From assembly GCA_021323375.2 (NCBI GenBank), contig JAJPCT020000017.1:65970-129969 (forward strand): a stretch of DNA of 64,000 nt, given 5' to 3'. Numbering within the stretch: position 1 is the first letter of the stretch; every line of letters begins with the position of its first letter. The position numbers were made by a program, and so were the translations under genes. The notes beneath the pieces are model-generated. The model worked only from the letters and a program-made list of their open reading frames with translations. It did not search any database and was not told the DNA's origin. Source of the stretch: Candidatus Wolframiiraptor gerlachensis (lineage in GTDB: Archaea; Thermoproteota; Nitrososphaeria_A; Caldarchaeales; Wolframiiraptoraceae). Shown piece after piece: positions 18,410 to 27,812 of the stretch.

Positions 18410-18989
18410 ATTCGTGGTCGTGACGAGCAATCTTGGAAAAGCTAGGGAATTCGAGAGCATCTTCTCCGAATATGGATTGAGCTTCAGGATTGAACCCATT
18501 AAGACGCCGGAGATACAGGCAGTGGACCTGAGGATAATTGCTGAGCAGAGCGCGATCTATGCCTATGATATTCTCAGGGAGCCCGTGCTAGTCGAGGACG
18601 CAGGTCTCTTCATAGACGCGTTAAACGGCTTCCCGGGACCATTCAGCAGCTACGTCTACAAGGCTATCGGGATAAGAGGAATACTGAAGCTCATGGAGGA
18701 CGTTGAAGATAGGAGGGCGCGATTCCTATCAGTCATAGCATTCTACACGCCGATGATCGGCGGCGTCAAGATATTCACGGGGGAAGTTGAGGGGTATATA
18801 GCGAGAGAGCCCCGCGGCTCCAGCGGCTTCGGCTTCGATCCAATATTCATCCCGGCTGAGGGCGATGGGAAGACGTTCGCCGAGCAGAGCGTTGAGGAAA
18901 AGAACAAGCTCTCTCATAGGGCGAGGGCTGCTAGGAAATTCGCCGAGTGGATGCTATCGCTCGAGCCCATCTCGCCGGCATACGAGTAG
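18381..18989 (+). CDS. rdgB: XTP/dITP diphosphatase (Ham1/RdgB)
   Basis: TSNLGK, EDAGL...LNGFPG, GFGFDPIF, SHR. Confidence 0.95.
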   Translation: MLRSGERGIRFVVVTSNLGKAREFESIFSEYGLSFRIEPIKTPEIQAVDLRIIAEQSAIYAYDILREPVLVEDAGLFIDALNGFPGPFSSYVYKAIGIRGILKLMEDVEDRRARFLSVIAFYTPMIGGVKIFTGEVEGYIAREPRGSSGFGFDPIFIPAEGDGKTFAEQSVEEKNKLSHRARAARKFAEWMLSLEPISPAYE

Positions 18990-18992
18990 CCC

Positions 18993-20576
18993 TTAAATCA
19001 GCCCAATCCTCCTCCTGAGATACGATGATGGAAGACTTCTAATCCAGTTCAGATCATTTATGTAGAATGTTCTTATGTCGTCTAGGTCGTAGAGCGCGAG
19101 GGCAAGCCTCTCCAATCCTCCTCCCCATGCGAGGACTCTATGCTTTACTCCCATGGGCCGGGTTACCTCGGGCCTGAAGATTCCCATGCCGATGAGCTCG
19201 AGCCAGGTCTTCTTATCCTCGAGATATGCTATCGCCTCCGCCGACGGCTCCGTGTATGGGAAGTAGCTTGGCCTAAACCTGACATTCTTAAGCCCAAGCC
19301 TAGCGTAGAACTCCTTGATCAATCCCAGTAGGTCCCTGAAGGACACGTTCTCGCCCATCACTATCCCCTCGATCTGATGGAACTCTGCGAGATGCTTCCA
19401 GTCAACCTTCTCATTCCTGTATATCCTGTCAACTGAGAATACCTTGACTGGCGGCTCCCGGTGATCGGCGAGCCACCTGATTGTCGTGGCGGTTGTATGC
19501 GTTCTCAAGAGGAGCTTTCTTGCTTCATCCTCCCTCCACTTATAGCCCCATCCCGTAGACCCTGTATCACCTCCATCCTCATGTGCCCGCTTAACAGGCT
19601 CCACGAGATGCATGGGTAGGTCGCCCATCTCAGGCTCGGCTAGATAGAACGTGTCATGCATCTCCCTCGCGGGGTGGTCTTGGGGCTGGAAGAGGGCGTC
19701 GAAGTTCCAGAAAGCCAGCTCGACAAGCGGGCCCTTAATCTCCTCAAAGCCCATCTCGACAAACACCTCTCTCACGATCCTTATCAGCTCCCTCAGCGGA
19801 TGCCTCTTGCCGGCGAAGACTGGCGGCGTCGGCGCCTGCACATCGAACCTGCTAAACCTCACCTGTCTCCACTCGCCCGATACAAGCATGCTGGGCGTAA
19901 GTCTGGTAACCTCCCTAACCTCGAGAAGAGAGTCATCGAGTTTTAGGAGGGCTTCACTCGGCTTCAAGACATGAATTCTCTTGATCTTAACCTCGAGCAC
20001 GCCGGGCCTCGAGGCAAGCCGCTGACAAGCCCCCCTCAAGTCCTCCGGGATCTCCGAGGCCTCCCTCTCACCATCCCTCAGAATCCTGAGAAGATGCTCC
20101 TCAGGAAGCTCGCTGGGCTCCGAGACAAGTCTAGCATAAACATTCTCGCCAATCTTCTCGATATCTATCCATCCCATCCTGCGAGCCCAGTTAACTCCAA
20201 TCCTGAACTCCTTCTCTCCAAGCTCCTTCTCCAATATCTTTAGGTCAAGCCTTCCACCAGCTGCCTTAAGCATCTCTATGAGTCTTCTTTCCGGGAAACC
20301 GCGCTCCGCATAAATCCGCCCCTCCTCGCCAAGTCCATAGAACCTTCTCTCATACTCCTCAACCGTTACCAGTCCTTTGCTCGATAACCAGAGAGCGGCT
20401 TTCGCGATCGAGCCGACATCCCTGCCAATGAGCTCCGCAGCTTCCTCGAAGGTGAGCGGCCTACCAGCCCGCTTTAAAGCCCTAGCAACCTCCCTCTCAA
20501 GCCAGTGGAGAACAAGCTCCGAAACAATAACCGGTCCCTCGCGATCACGGCATCTCCAGCGAGATTTAAGCCTCAC
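18993..20576 (-). CDS. pheS: Phenylalanine--tRNA ligase alpha subunit
   Basis: FWNFDALFQPQDHPAREMHDTF, RTHTT, EFHQIEG, YFPYTEPS; true start uncertain. Confidence 0.96.
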   Translation of the reverse strand: MRLKSRWRCRDREGPVIVSELVLHWLEREVARALKRAGRPLTFEEAAELIGRDVGSIAKAALWLSSKGLVTVEEYERRFYGLGEEGRIYAERGFPERRLIEMLKAAGGRLDLKILEKELGEKEFRIGVNWARRMGWIDIEKIGENVYARLVSEPSELPEEHLLRILRDGEREASEIPEDLRGACQRLASRPGVLEVKIKRIHVLKPSEALLKLDDSLLEVREVTRLTPSMLVSGEWRQVRFSRFDVQAPTPPVFAGKRHPLRELIRIVREVFVEMGFEEIKGPLVELAFWNFDALFQPQDHPAREMHDTFYLAEPEMGDLPMHLVEPVKRAHEDGGDTGSTGWGYKWREDEARKLLLRTHTTATTIRWLADHREPPVKVFSVDRIYRNEKVDWKHLAEFHQIEGIVMGENVSFRDLLGLIKEFYARLGLKNVRFRPSYFPYTEPSAEAIAYLEDKKTWLELIGMGIFRPEVTRPMGVKHRVLAWGGGLERLALALYDLDDIRTFYINDLNWIRSLPSSYLRRRIGLI

Positions 20577-20611
20577 GTGGCGCGAAAAGAGCTTCTAGCC
20601 GAGGAGTCTTA

Positions 20612-20686
20612 CGGGCCCGGGGGGACTCGAACCCCCGGTCTTCGGCTCCGGAGGCCGACGCCCTATCCAAACTAGGCCACGGGCCC
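20612..20686 (-). tRNA. tRNA-Arg (CCG)
   Basis: GGGCCCG...TCGGC-CT-CCG-GA-GCCGA...GTTCGAGTCC...CGGGCCCG. Confidence 0.95.
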
Positions 20687-20769
20687 CTCTAACAGCCTCT
20701 CCCGATCCGCTTGCTATTGATCTTTTCTTCTCATCTTTTTAATCTTCGGCCAGCACTTCTTAACAAATA

Positions 20770-20901
20770 AAAACGGGGAGGAAATGGGGTGGGGCTGGCC
20801 GGCGAGCTGTCGTAGCTGGGGGTTGGCGGGCCACCAGCTCTAACCACCACAAAGGATCTGTGGTGGGAGTCGTGGGTTATGCCACCAACCCTTCATAGCT
20901 T
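20770..20901 (-). ncRNA. Candidate structured RNA (bridge/seek/guide-like) at the 3' end of the IS110-like gene
   Basis: Three consecutive hairpins; motifs TGGTGGC and ACGAC each occur twice; U-tract at the end. Confidence 0.4.
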
Positions 20902-21590
20902 TTACTGCCCACCGGCCAGCAAGTGCTGTTTCTGTTGCTGCCATGCCTTCTTCAGGATCCTTACAATTCTTAGCTGTAGCTTGTAGACCGCCTTCTTGGG
21001 TGATAACCCCTCCAGATCCCTGAGGAGCTCTGCATTAATTCCGAGTCGTTTATTGTTAAGATAGACATTCATTGCGAGCCTTAAGAGGTGTGCACGTAGT
21101 CCACGATGATGGTTTTTGTTTTTATGAGGTGTTAAGCCCAACAGGCCATATAGTCTGCTAAGCTTCCAGTTTAGCGGCAATCTCGCCACTAGTATCGCCC
21201 CCATCTCACGTACATCTCGTACTCCCCTATCAACCTCAATAGGTCTACCTCCCTTGCTGGAAGCTATTTGAAGTGGTTTTTCGGGATCACACTCAGGAGC
21301 TTTGCATCAACCTCATCGGACTTCCTAAGCCCATTCTCCTCCCTCAACTTCTTCACCAACCTCTTATTCTTCAGCAGATACACCTTAACACCCTTCCTCA
21401 ACGATTCCAAGACTTCATCGTATAGCTCTAGGAATAGCGAATCAATGTATATCTCGCTGGCGTCCTCCAGCTCCGTCAACTTCCTCACCTTAAACGGTTT
21501 CTCACCATCAAATACCGTATGAGCCTTATTCTTCCCCCTCTTCTTTCCGTCAACGGAGATCGCCGTATCAACATAGTAGACCCCACTCAT
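20902..21590 (-). pseudogene. Compact IS110-family/Nop-like protein, disrupted by an in-frame TAG and an internal deletion
   Basis: RuvC-like acidic motifs YVD, IYID, KSDEVDAKLL; helix REVDLLRLIGEYE after the stop; C-terminal YGLLGLTP...LR...RIVRIL. Confidence 0.7.
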
Positions 21591-22126
21591 AGTTCTCTAC
21601 TCCCTCCAACGGATCTCTTGGGCTCGCCGCATAGAGTCTTAACGGTCGTGACTCCAACATATTGGGCATAGGCCCTAGCGAAATCATCCATCCTCCCAAG
21701 ATTCTCGAGCACAAAAGTTCGCAAAAGAACCGGTGCAGCCTATCCCTATAACTTTCAATAATCATTAGCATTCATTAGTATAGTCCAGAATCCTGACGAG
21801 GTCATCCAGCAACCCAGCCTCCTCAAAGCGACCCCTGAGCCCCCTATATATCCTCTGGATCTTGGGCCCACCCATCCCCAATAAACCCACCACAACACCT
21901 CCCTAACACAGACCTCACTTATTCCTTGAGGACCACCCCCGAAAATGAAAAACGGTGGAAAACCCACCCTTATAGAGTATAAGGAAAATGCTACTTGTCT
22001 TCGCGATTGAGGTTGGGATTTAAGCTCATTTATATATGAATCCCGCCGGGCCCGAACTTCTCGTAGGGAGATCAAATGACTATGGTTTTATTCATCGCTC
22101 CGCCTATTCAGGCTGGGAGTTGGGAA

Positions 22127-23200
22127 GTGGCTAGGACGCGGATAGTCAAGATCGACCCAATTAATCCCGAGGAATACATCCTCGTGGAGGCTGCCGAGGT
22201 TATCAAGCGTGGAGGCCTCGTGGCCTTCCCCACGGAGACCGTCTACGGCCTCGGAGCCGACGCCTATAACCGCGATGCCGTGAGGAGGATATTCGAGGCT
22301 AAGAAGAGGCCTATGGATAACCCCCTGATAGTCCATATCTGCGATCTCGAGTGGCTCGAGAGCGTCACGAGAAATGTTCCAGAGGAGGCACGTAGGATCG
22401 CGGAGAGGCTCTGGCCCGGGCCGGTAACCCTCGTCCTCTGGAAGTCTCATGAGATCCCGGCTGAAGTCACCGCTGGCCTGCCGAAGATCGCTGTGAGATT
22501 TCCATCACATCCTGTCGCCATGGGTCTTATCAGGCATAGCGGGGTCCCCATAGCTGCTCCAAGCGCGAATCTCGCAGGCAGGCCATCACCAACCACAGCG
22601 CAGCACGTGATCCAAGACCTCTATGGCAGGGTTGACGTGATACTAGATGGAGGTGAGACGCTCTTCGGCGTGGAGTCGACGATAATAGACTTGACAAGTG
22701 AACCTCCTAAGCTGCTGAGGCCCGGCCCGATCCCTGTCGAGGACTTGGAGAGAGTACTGAGGACACAGATAAGCATCCCCAATCATGCTAGGGGATTGTC
22801 GGAGGCGGAGATCGCGGAGTCCCCGGGCATGAAATACAGGCATTATGCGCCGGAAACACCTCTCAAACTTATCGAGGCGTTGGACTACCATGACCTAGCC
22901 TCATACTCGGCGAAAGTCCTTGAGATAGCTGAGGAATATCGCTCAAGGGGCTTTAAGGTCGTGATCCTCGCATCTCGGGAAACATGCCGGACCTACGTAG
23001 AGAGAGGCTTCGAGGTCATCGAGCTTGGATCTAGGAAAAATTTCTACGAGATAGCAAGAAACCTCTTCAACAGTCTTAGGAGGGTTGATGAGACAGGAGC
23101 GGATCTAGTGATCGCCGAGGGCTTTGAGGAGAGAGGGCTGGGGCTAACAATAATGAATAGGCTTAGAAAGGCTGCGAGACAGGATAGACTACTCGTCTAA
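22127..23200 (+). CDS. sua5: L-threonylcarbamoyladenylate synthase Sua5
   Basis: FPTETVYGLGA, KKRP.DNPLIVH, APSAN..GRPSPT, PGMKYRHYAP. Confidence 0.96.
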   Translation: MARTRIVKIDPINPEEYILVEAAEVIKRGGLVAFPTETVYGLGADAYNRDAVRRIFEAKKRPMDNPLIVHICDLEWLESVTRNVPEEARRIAERLWPGPVTLVLWKSHEIPAEVTAGLPKIAVRFPSHPVAMGLIRHSGVPIAAPSANLAGRPSPTTAQHVIQDLYGRVDVILDGGETLFGVESTIIDLTSEPPKLLRPGPIPVEDLERVLRTQISIPNHARGLSEAEIAESPGMKYRHYAPETPLKLIEALDYHDLASYSAKVLEIAEEYRSRGFKVVILASRETCRTYVERGFEVIELGSRKNFYEIARNLFNSLRRVDETGADLVIAEGFEERGLGLTIMNRLRKAARQDRLLV

Positions 23201-23463
23201 AAGCTGTTCCTACTCTCCTCCTGGAGCGAGAGAAGGGCATTCGCCCTATGATAGAGAACACGTATCTTGAATTCCATGTCCGAGACCCTCTCCCTGAGAC
23301 CCTCGGGGAGCCCTGCCTCCATTATGCTCTTAACCTCCTTCATCAGGTCCTCGAGCATCACCTTCACAAGCTCCATCCTAGCTTCTTTCTGCAATAGCTG
23401 CTCGCAGAACCGAAGATCCTCCTCGATCTCGCGGATCCTCTTCTCGGCCTCCTCAGCTTCCAT
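23197..23463 (-). CDS. Small helical/coiled-coil hypothetical protein
   Basis: 88 aa, E/R/L-rich; host-like codon usage. Confidence 0.6.
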   Translation of the reverse strand: MEAEEAEKRIREIEEDLRFCEQLLQKEARMELVKVMLEDLMKEVKSIMEAGLPEGLRERVSDMEFKIRVLYHRANALLSLQEESRNSF

Positions 23464-23557
23464 GGATACTTCAAGAGATCGAGATCACGCCCACAATAAA
23501 AGGATTATAATGCCGCTGGATGAGAATTAATTAACAACTTGCTCCGGGCGAGATGAG

Positions 23558-24274
23558 ATGAGCGAGAAGAAATACAAGAATGATCCCCTCTGGAGCATTC
23601 TCGTTGATGTTGTTAAAATGCTTCCCCACTTCCAAGAACACCTAGCCTATGTGAGGGATGAGATTCTGCCCAAAAAGCCAGATATAAGTGCTGAGGAGCT
23701 CTCGAAGATCCTCTCAATACCCTTGGGCGAGGCCCTTGTCATTCTAGATAAGCTGAGGGAGTTTCCATGCGAGGTTGAGGAGAAGCTGTCAAGGAGCCTC
23801 CCAGACCCGGAGCATGAGCGCGTCGCCCTCGGAGGGACATTCAGCAAGCTCCATTATGGACATATGAGGCTCCTGCTTGAGGGGTTCAGGTTGGGAAAAA
23901 CAGTCATTATAGGCGTGACGACCGACGAGTTCGCCAGAAAGCTCGGGAAAAAATACACCGTTCCACCATTCGAGACGAGGGTTAATGGATTAAAGTCATT
24001 CCTGCGGCGGATGGGATGGATCGATAGATGCGAGATCCTACCGCTACATGATCCATATGGCGTGACGGCGGTTGATCCAAATCTCGAGGCCCTAATAACA
24101 AGCCCCTTCACACATTACAGGGGCATTGAGATAAATGAGATCCGCTCGAGGAGGGGACTGAGGCCCCTGAGGGTCGTGGTCTGCCCGCTGGTTGTCGCCT
24201 GGGATGGCAAGCCCATCTCAAGCACCCGGATATTCCTCGGGGAGATTAATGAGAGAGGTGAGCCCCTAGGTTAG
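23558..24274 (+). CDS. coaD: Phosphopantetheine adenylyltransferase with extra N-terminal HTH-like domain
   Basis: GGTFSKLHYGH, GVTTDEF, DPYG, ISSTRI..GEI; ~80-aa N-terminal extension. Confidence 0.88.
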   Translation: MSEKKYKNDPLWSILVDVVKMLPHFQEHLAYVRDEILPKKPDISAEELSKILSIPLGEALVILDKLREFPCEVEEKLSRSLPDPEHERVALGGTFSKLHYGHMRLLLEGFRLGKTVIIGVTTDEFARKLGKKYTVPPFETRVNGLKSFLRRMGWIDRCEILPLHDPYGVTAVDPNLEALITSPFTHYRGIEINEIRSRRGLRPLRVVVCPLVVAWDGKPISSTRIFLGEINERGEPLG

Positions 24275-25188
24275 ACTCCCCCGAAGAAGAAGAGAACTAG
24301 GAAGATGAGAATGCCGACGATTACCGTGAGCTTCATCGAGGCCTTGTAAAGCCTCTTGAACCCCACGCTATTATACACAACGAGCCCAACATTCGAGAAC
24401 AGGGAGAGGATATCCACTATCATCTCGCTAAGCCCAACCTCCTGCTTTCTAACTGGAACTCTGCTCAGCATATTCTGGTATTCAACCGAACTCCAATTGC
24501 CCACGCAAAGGTCAAGCCTCTCCGATGCAAACTCCACGCCGCCGGAAAGCCACCTCACATTGGTGAGATTCATATATGTTCTAGTATTTTCGATTACTTC
24601 CCCAATATTCTCCGGCCTTATCATGCCCCAGTTTGGGAGCGTTAGATTTGGATAGGCGCGGTAGACCTTCACGTAGGCTGCCCTGACTATCGGCGATGTT
24701 ATGTTCACGCCGCCCTCCGGCGCGATCCCGATCAACATCGCATCCCTGAAAGTGACATTCTGAAAGTCCGCGTCAACGATCATGTAGGATACCTTGGGGG
24801 TCTGCCAAAGGAATGGCACTTGCAGTGCTGTGAATACCGCGACTATTATAAAGGAATGTGCTACCATTGTTAGAAGCTTCACAAGATTGAGATCCTCGCC
24901 TTTAAACATCACCACGAGAAGGACGACCATTAGGATGAAAGCGAAGGTTATACCCAGCTGGATCCCCCGAGTCGTTATGATAGCCTCGAAGTCTGGAGCT
25001 GTTGGGATGAGCCTCCTGAAGCCTTCCAGCGCATATACCATCTCCACCTTCTCATTAAGCACATAGCCGGTCACATATGAGACAATGAGTAACGTGGCTA
25101 CGATAATTGCTAAGCCCCGGCAAAGCCTCAGCCACTTGCCAACATCCACCTGAGAGAGACGCTCTCTTAACGCCTCACGGGAGAACAA
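24271..25188 (-). CDS. Multi-pass membrane protein with large extracellular loop
   Basis: About 5 hydrophobic segments; several N-x-S/T sequons in the loop. Confidence 0.7.
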   Translation of the reverse strand: MFSREALRERLSQVDVGKWLRLCRGLAIIVATLLIVSYVTGYVLNEKVEMVYALEGFRRLIPTAPDFEAIITTRGIQLGITFAFILMVVLLVVMFKGEDLNLVKLLTMVAHSFIIVAVFTALQVPFLWQTPKVSYMIVDADFQNVTFRDAMLIGIAPEGGVNITSPIVRAAYVKVYRAYPNLTLPNWGMIRPENIGEVIENTRTYMNLTNVRWLSGGVEFASERLDLCVGNWSSVEYQNMLSRVPVRKQEVGLSEMIVDILSLFSNVGLVVYNSVGFKRLYKASMKLTVIVGILIFLVLFFFGGV

Positions 25189-25219
25189 TTCTCAACCTGC
25201 CACCCACTCGAGCATCATT

Positions 25220-25573
25220 TCAGGATTTAAGCTTTGTACACCGAATCAGGAGAAATGCAGCAGCCGCCACAATCACGGAGAATAATATGTTCATGAGCAG
25301 GGAGGGGACCTCTAGCTCGGGCCCCAACCCCTCTCCGGCCTCGGTGAGCACTTCTTCGGGCCGGGCAGCCGCCTCAGCAGCCTTACGAGGTGCTGTTTCG
25401 GTGGTTATTGATTGCATGGAGAGCGTCTTGCCCTCGCCCGCCCGCAGGCTGGGCCGGATGCTTATTTGAGCGAGGTTTATGGCTTGATTTACGAGGAATG
25501 CTAGGACTAGCGCGGTGATCGCCAGCATTATCAGCCGCTTATTCACGAGCATATCCAGGTCATCCACCCCCAT
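25220..25573 (-). CDS. Two-TM hypothetical membrane protein
   Basis: N- and C-terminal hydrophobic helices; start trimmed to avoid overlap. Confidence 0.6.
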   Translation of the reverse strand: MGVDDLDMLVNKRLIMLAITALVLAFLVNQAINLAQISIRPSLRAGEGKTLSMQSITTETAPRKAAEAAARPEEVLTEAGEGLGPELEVPSLLMNILFSVIVAAAAFLLIRCTKLKS

Positions 25574-25592
25574 AATGCTATGGATTAGAACA

Positions 25593-26018
25593 CTACCAGG
25601 TCCTATGCCTCCATATTCTGATCGTCTCGATCCAGAAGAAGAGGGATGAGAGGCCGCCAAGGGCTATGGCGTGGAGGCTCAGGTCCGGGAAGTTCTGAGC
25701 CACATAAAGCATGAGCAGCGTTGTTATGAAGACCGCGTAGAAGATCATTCTCGGGATAAGCCTGCCACCCACGAGCACGAACATCTTCAATATCCCGACA
25801 TCAACCTTTTCCTGGGCGAGATACCTGTTCCCCTCATCCCTTAGGACGAGTCCCATCTCCCTGAGCTTCTCGAGATGGTGATGAGCGACGCTTGGGCTTG
25901 AGAAGCCGAGGGCTCTCTGAAGCTCCCTCACGCCAACAGGCCTCCCAGCTCTAAGCAGATAAATGTAAACCTGGAGGGTCTTCCCCCTAAGCTTGTAGAG
26001 CTCATTCTCCCGCTCCAT
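25593..26018 (-). CDS. Membrane-anchored winged-HTH transcriptional regulator
   Basis: GKTLQVYIYLL..GVRELQRALGFSSPSVAHHHLEKL plus two C-terminal TM helices. Confidence 0.82.
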   Translation of the reverse strand: MERENELYKLRGKTLQVYIYLLRAGRPVGVRELQRALGFSSPSVAHHHLEKLREMGLVLRDEGNRYLAQEKVDVGILKMFVLVGGRLIPRMIFYAVFITTLLMLYVAQNFPDLSLHAIALGGLSSLFFWIETIRIWRHRTW

Positions 26019-26117
26019 TATCGGCCACGTTCATGGTATCCCCATGTCATCCTTAAAAATCTCTTGCTCCGCGTGATGGGGAGAGTCCTTGGATGATGCA
26101 TGAGTGGTGATTGAGGC

Positions 26118-26333
26118 ATGGTGAGGTTGGCGAGGATTGTTGGGCTCGCCGCTATGATATGCTCCGCGGTTTTCGCGGTATTCTACATCCTATGGTTCTT
26201 CGGCTTAACCCCCCTCGACCCCCAGCTCGCCGTGAAGATACCGATCCTTGTAATAGTGTTGGGCCTATGCTTCATTGCCGGCTGGCTGGGATATGTTATG
26301 GCAACCGCGCCATCCTCCTCATCTCCTCATTAG
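26118..26333 (+). CDS. Small two-TM membrane protein
   Basis: Two hydrophobic helices ending WLGYVMATAP; GAGG SD. Confidence 0.65.
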   Translation: MVRLARIVGLAAMICSAVFAVFYILWFFGLTPLDPQLAVKIPILVIVLGLCFIAGWLGYVMATAPSSSSPH

Positions 26334-26492
26334 GGAATTAACCTTAATTTCTTAAAGAGATCAATCTCTTGGAATGAACCCACCTTCTTTATCAGATCAG
26401 TATTCTTATATTCCTCGTCTAACCCCATCAGCGAGAATTGAAAAAGCACCACCAGTTCTTAATAACCAGTTAATTACCACCATAATAATTTC

Positions 26493-27812
26493 TCAGGCTG
26501 GAAGACCGAGCCAGAGAAGGAAATCAACATACCACTGCGGCTTGACCGGGAAGAAGTAGAGGAAGAAGCATATCTGGCCTGCGAGGAGGAGGTAGAGTAC
26601 AAGCTCGGAGAACCTCTCACCCTCAAGCATCCTAGATATGGCCACAGCTATGACCGGGACCGAGTTGTAGAAGTAGAATGAGTAGACCCAGCGGTGGAGT
26701 ATGTGCGCGAGCGGGAAGTAGATTAGATAGTTCGTGAGGAGCCAGCAGAGCGTGAAAAGCTCTAGGTCCGGGAACTCTCCAGACCTTAGCCTCGTGTATG
26801 CGATGTATATCGCGAAAATGAAGACTATCCATGTCATCCACCAGAGGGGTGTCTGCATGCCATAGTATGCTATCGGGTGGTATGTCTTCAGCGAATCAAC
26901 CTGGACGGCTACAACGAAGTAGCTCGCCCTCGGGAACTGGAAGATCGGGTTCGTCCATGAGAGCGGCATATCAACCACATCACCCTCCGAGAATGTTAAG
27001 CCTGAATGATAGTTCAGCATGAAATCAAGGTGCTCGAAGGGCGTCTGAAACGCTTTATAGGAGTAGTCATAGATTCCTAGGCCTATGATTAGGATTATTA
27101 TGGCCGTGAAGCATATCCTCTCAACAACCTTTATCCAGCTTCTCATCGCGCCCCTGAAGGATGTCTCCTTATATGATGCCTTGGCTAAGTCGTAGAGCAG
27201 TATCGCGGATAATATGAATGCTGTTGAGAGCTTTGAGAGTAGTGCCAGGCCGAATGCCAGCCCAGAGAACACGGGCCTCCTCCTGAGATAGAGATATGCT
27301 CCTAGGAGCGAGAATGCAAGGGCCGGCGCATCGAGCATGGCGATCGAGCTTAGGTTGAATGATGTGATGTCGAAACCTAGGAGGGCGGCGGCGATCACGG
27401 ATGCCCTGAAGCTTTTGGTCAGCTCATATGCGATGAGGCCGACTAGGTAGACTGACGTGGCCCCGCAGATTGTTATGAGCGTCCTCCAGCCATATGGATT
27501 ATCGCCGAATATCAGTATCCCGAGCATCATCAGCGCCTTGGATAATGGTGGGTGCTCGTTGTTCGCGGCCTCCCCCCGAAGCATCTTCCTCACAGCAGGG
27601 ATGTAATGCGCCTCATCAAATACGAATCCACATCTACCGCCCTCGATCGGCGGATTGGTGCATGATTCGGGCGGGAACTCAGGCCACGGATACGGTATTA
27701 TCAGGAGTTTGAAGACTAGTATTATCAGGGTTATGCCTATCAACCAGGCCCTTAGCCTCCGCTTAGACCCGATGCCAAGCCACCCTCTTAATCTTCTCAG
27801 CAATTTGGACAC
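26493..27812 (-). CDS. GT-C glycosyltransferase family 39 (dolichyl-P-mannose:protein mannosyltransferase-like)
   Basis: FDEAHY, EHPPLSK, GDNPYGWR, AMLD; many TM helices. Confidence 0.88.
   Translation of the reverse strand: MSKLLRRLRGWLGIGSKRRLRAWLIGITLIILVFKLLIIPYPWPEFPPESCTNPPIEGGRCGFVFDEAHYIPAVRKMLRGEAANNEHPPLSKALMMLGILIFGDNPYGWRTLITICGATSVYLVGLIAYELTKSFRASVIAAALLGFDITSFNLSSIAMLDAPALAFSLLGAYLYLRRRPVFSGLAFGLALLSKLSTAFILSAILLYDLAKASYKETSFRGAMRSWIKVVERICFTAIIILIIGLGIYDYSYKAFQTPFEHLDFMLNYHSGLTFSEGDVVDMPLSWTNPIFQFPRASYFVVAVQVDSLKTYHPIAYYGMQTPLWWMTWIVFIFAIYIAYTRLRSGEFPDLELFTLCWLLTNYLIYFPLAHILHRWVYSFYFYNSVPVIAVAISRMLEGERFSELVLYLLLAGQICFFLYFFPVKPQWYVDFLLWLGLPA

Noticed and set aside
21264-21266. 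In-frame TAG as pyrrolysine/readthrough
   Set aside because: The gene also has a frameshifting deletion and no pyl genes are seen; simple decay explains it
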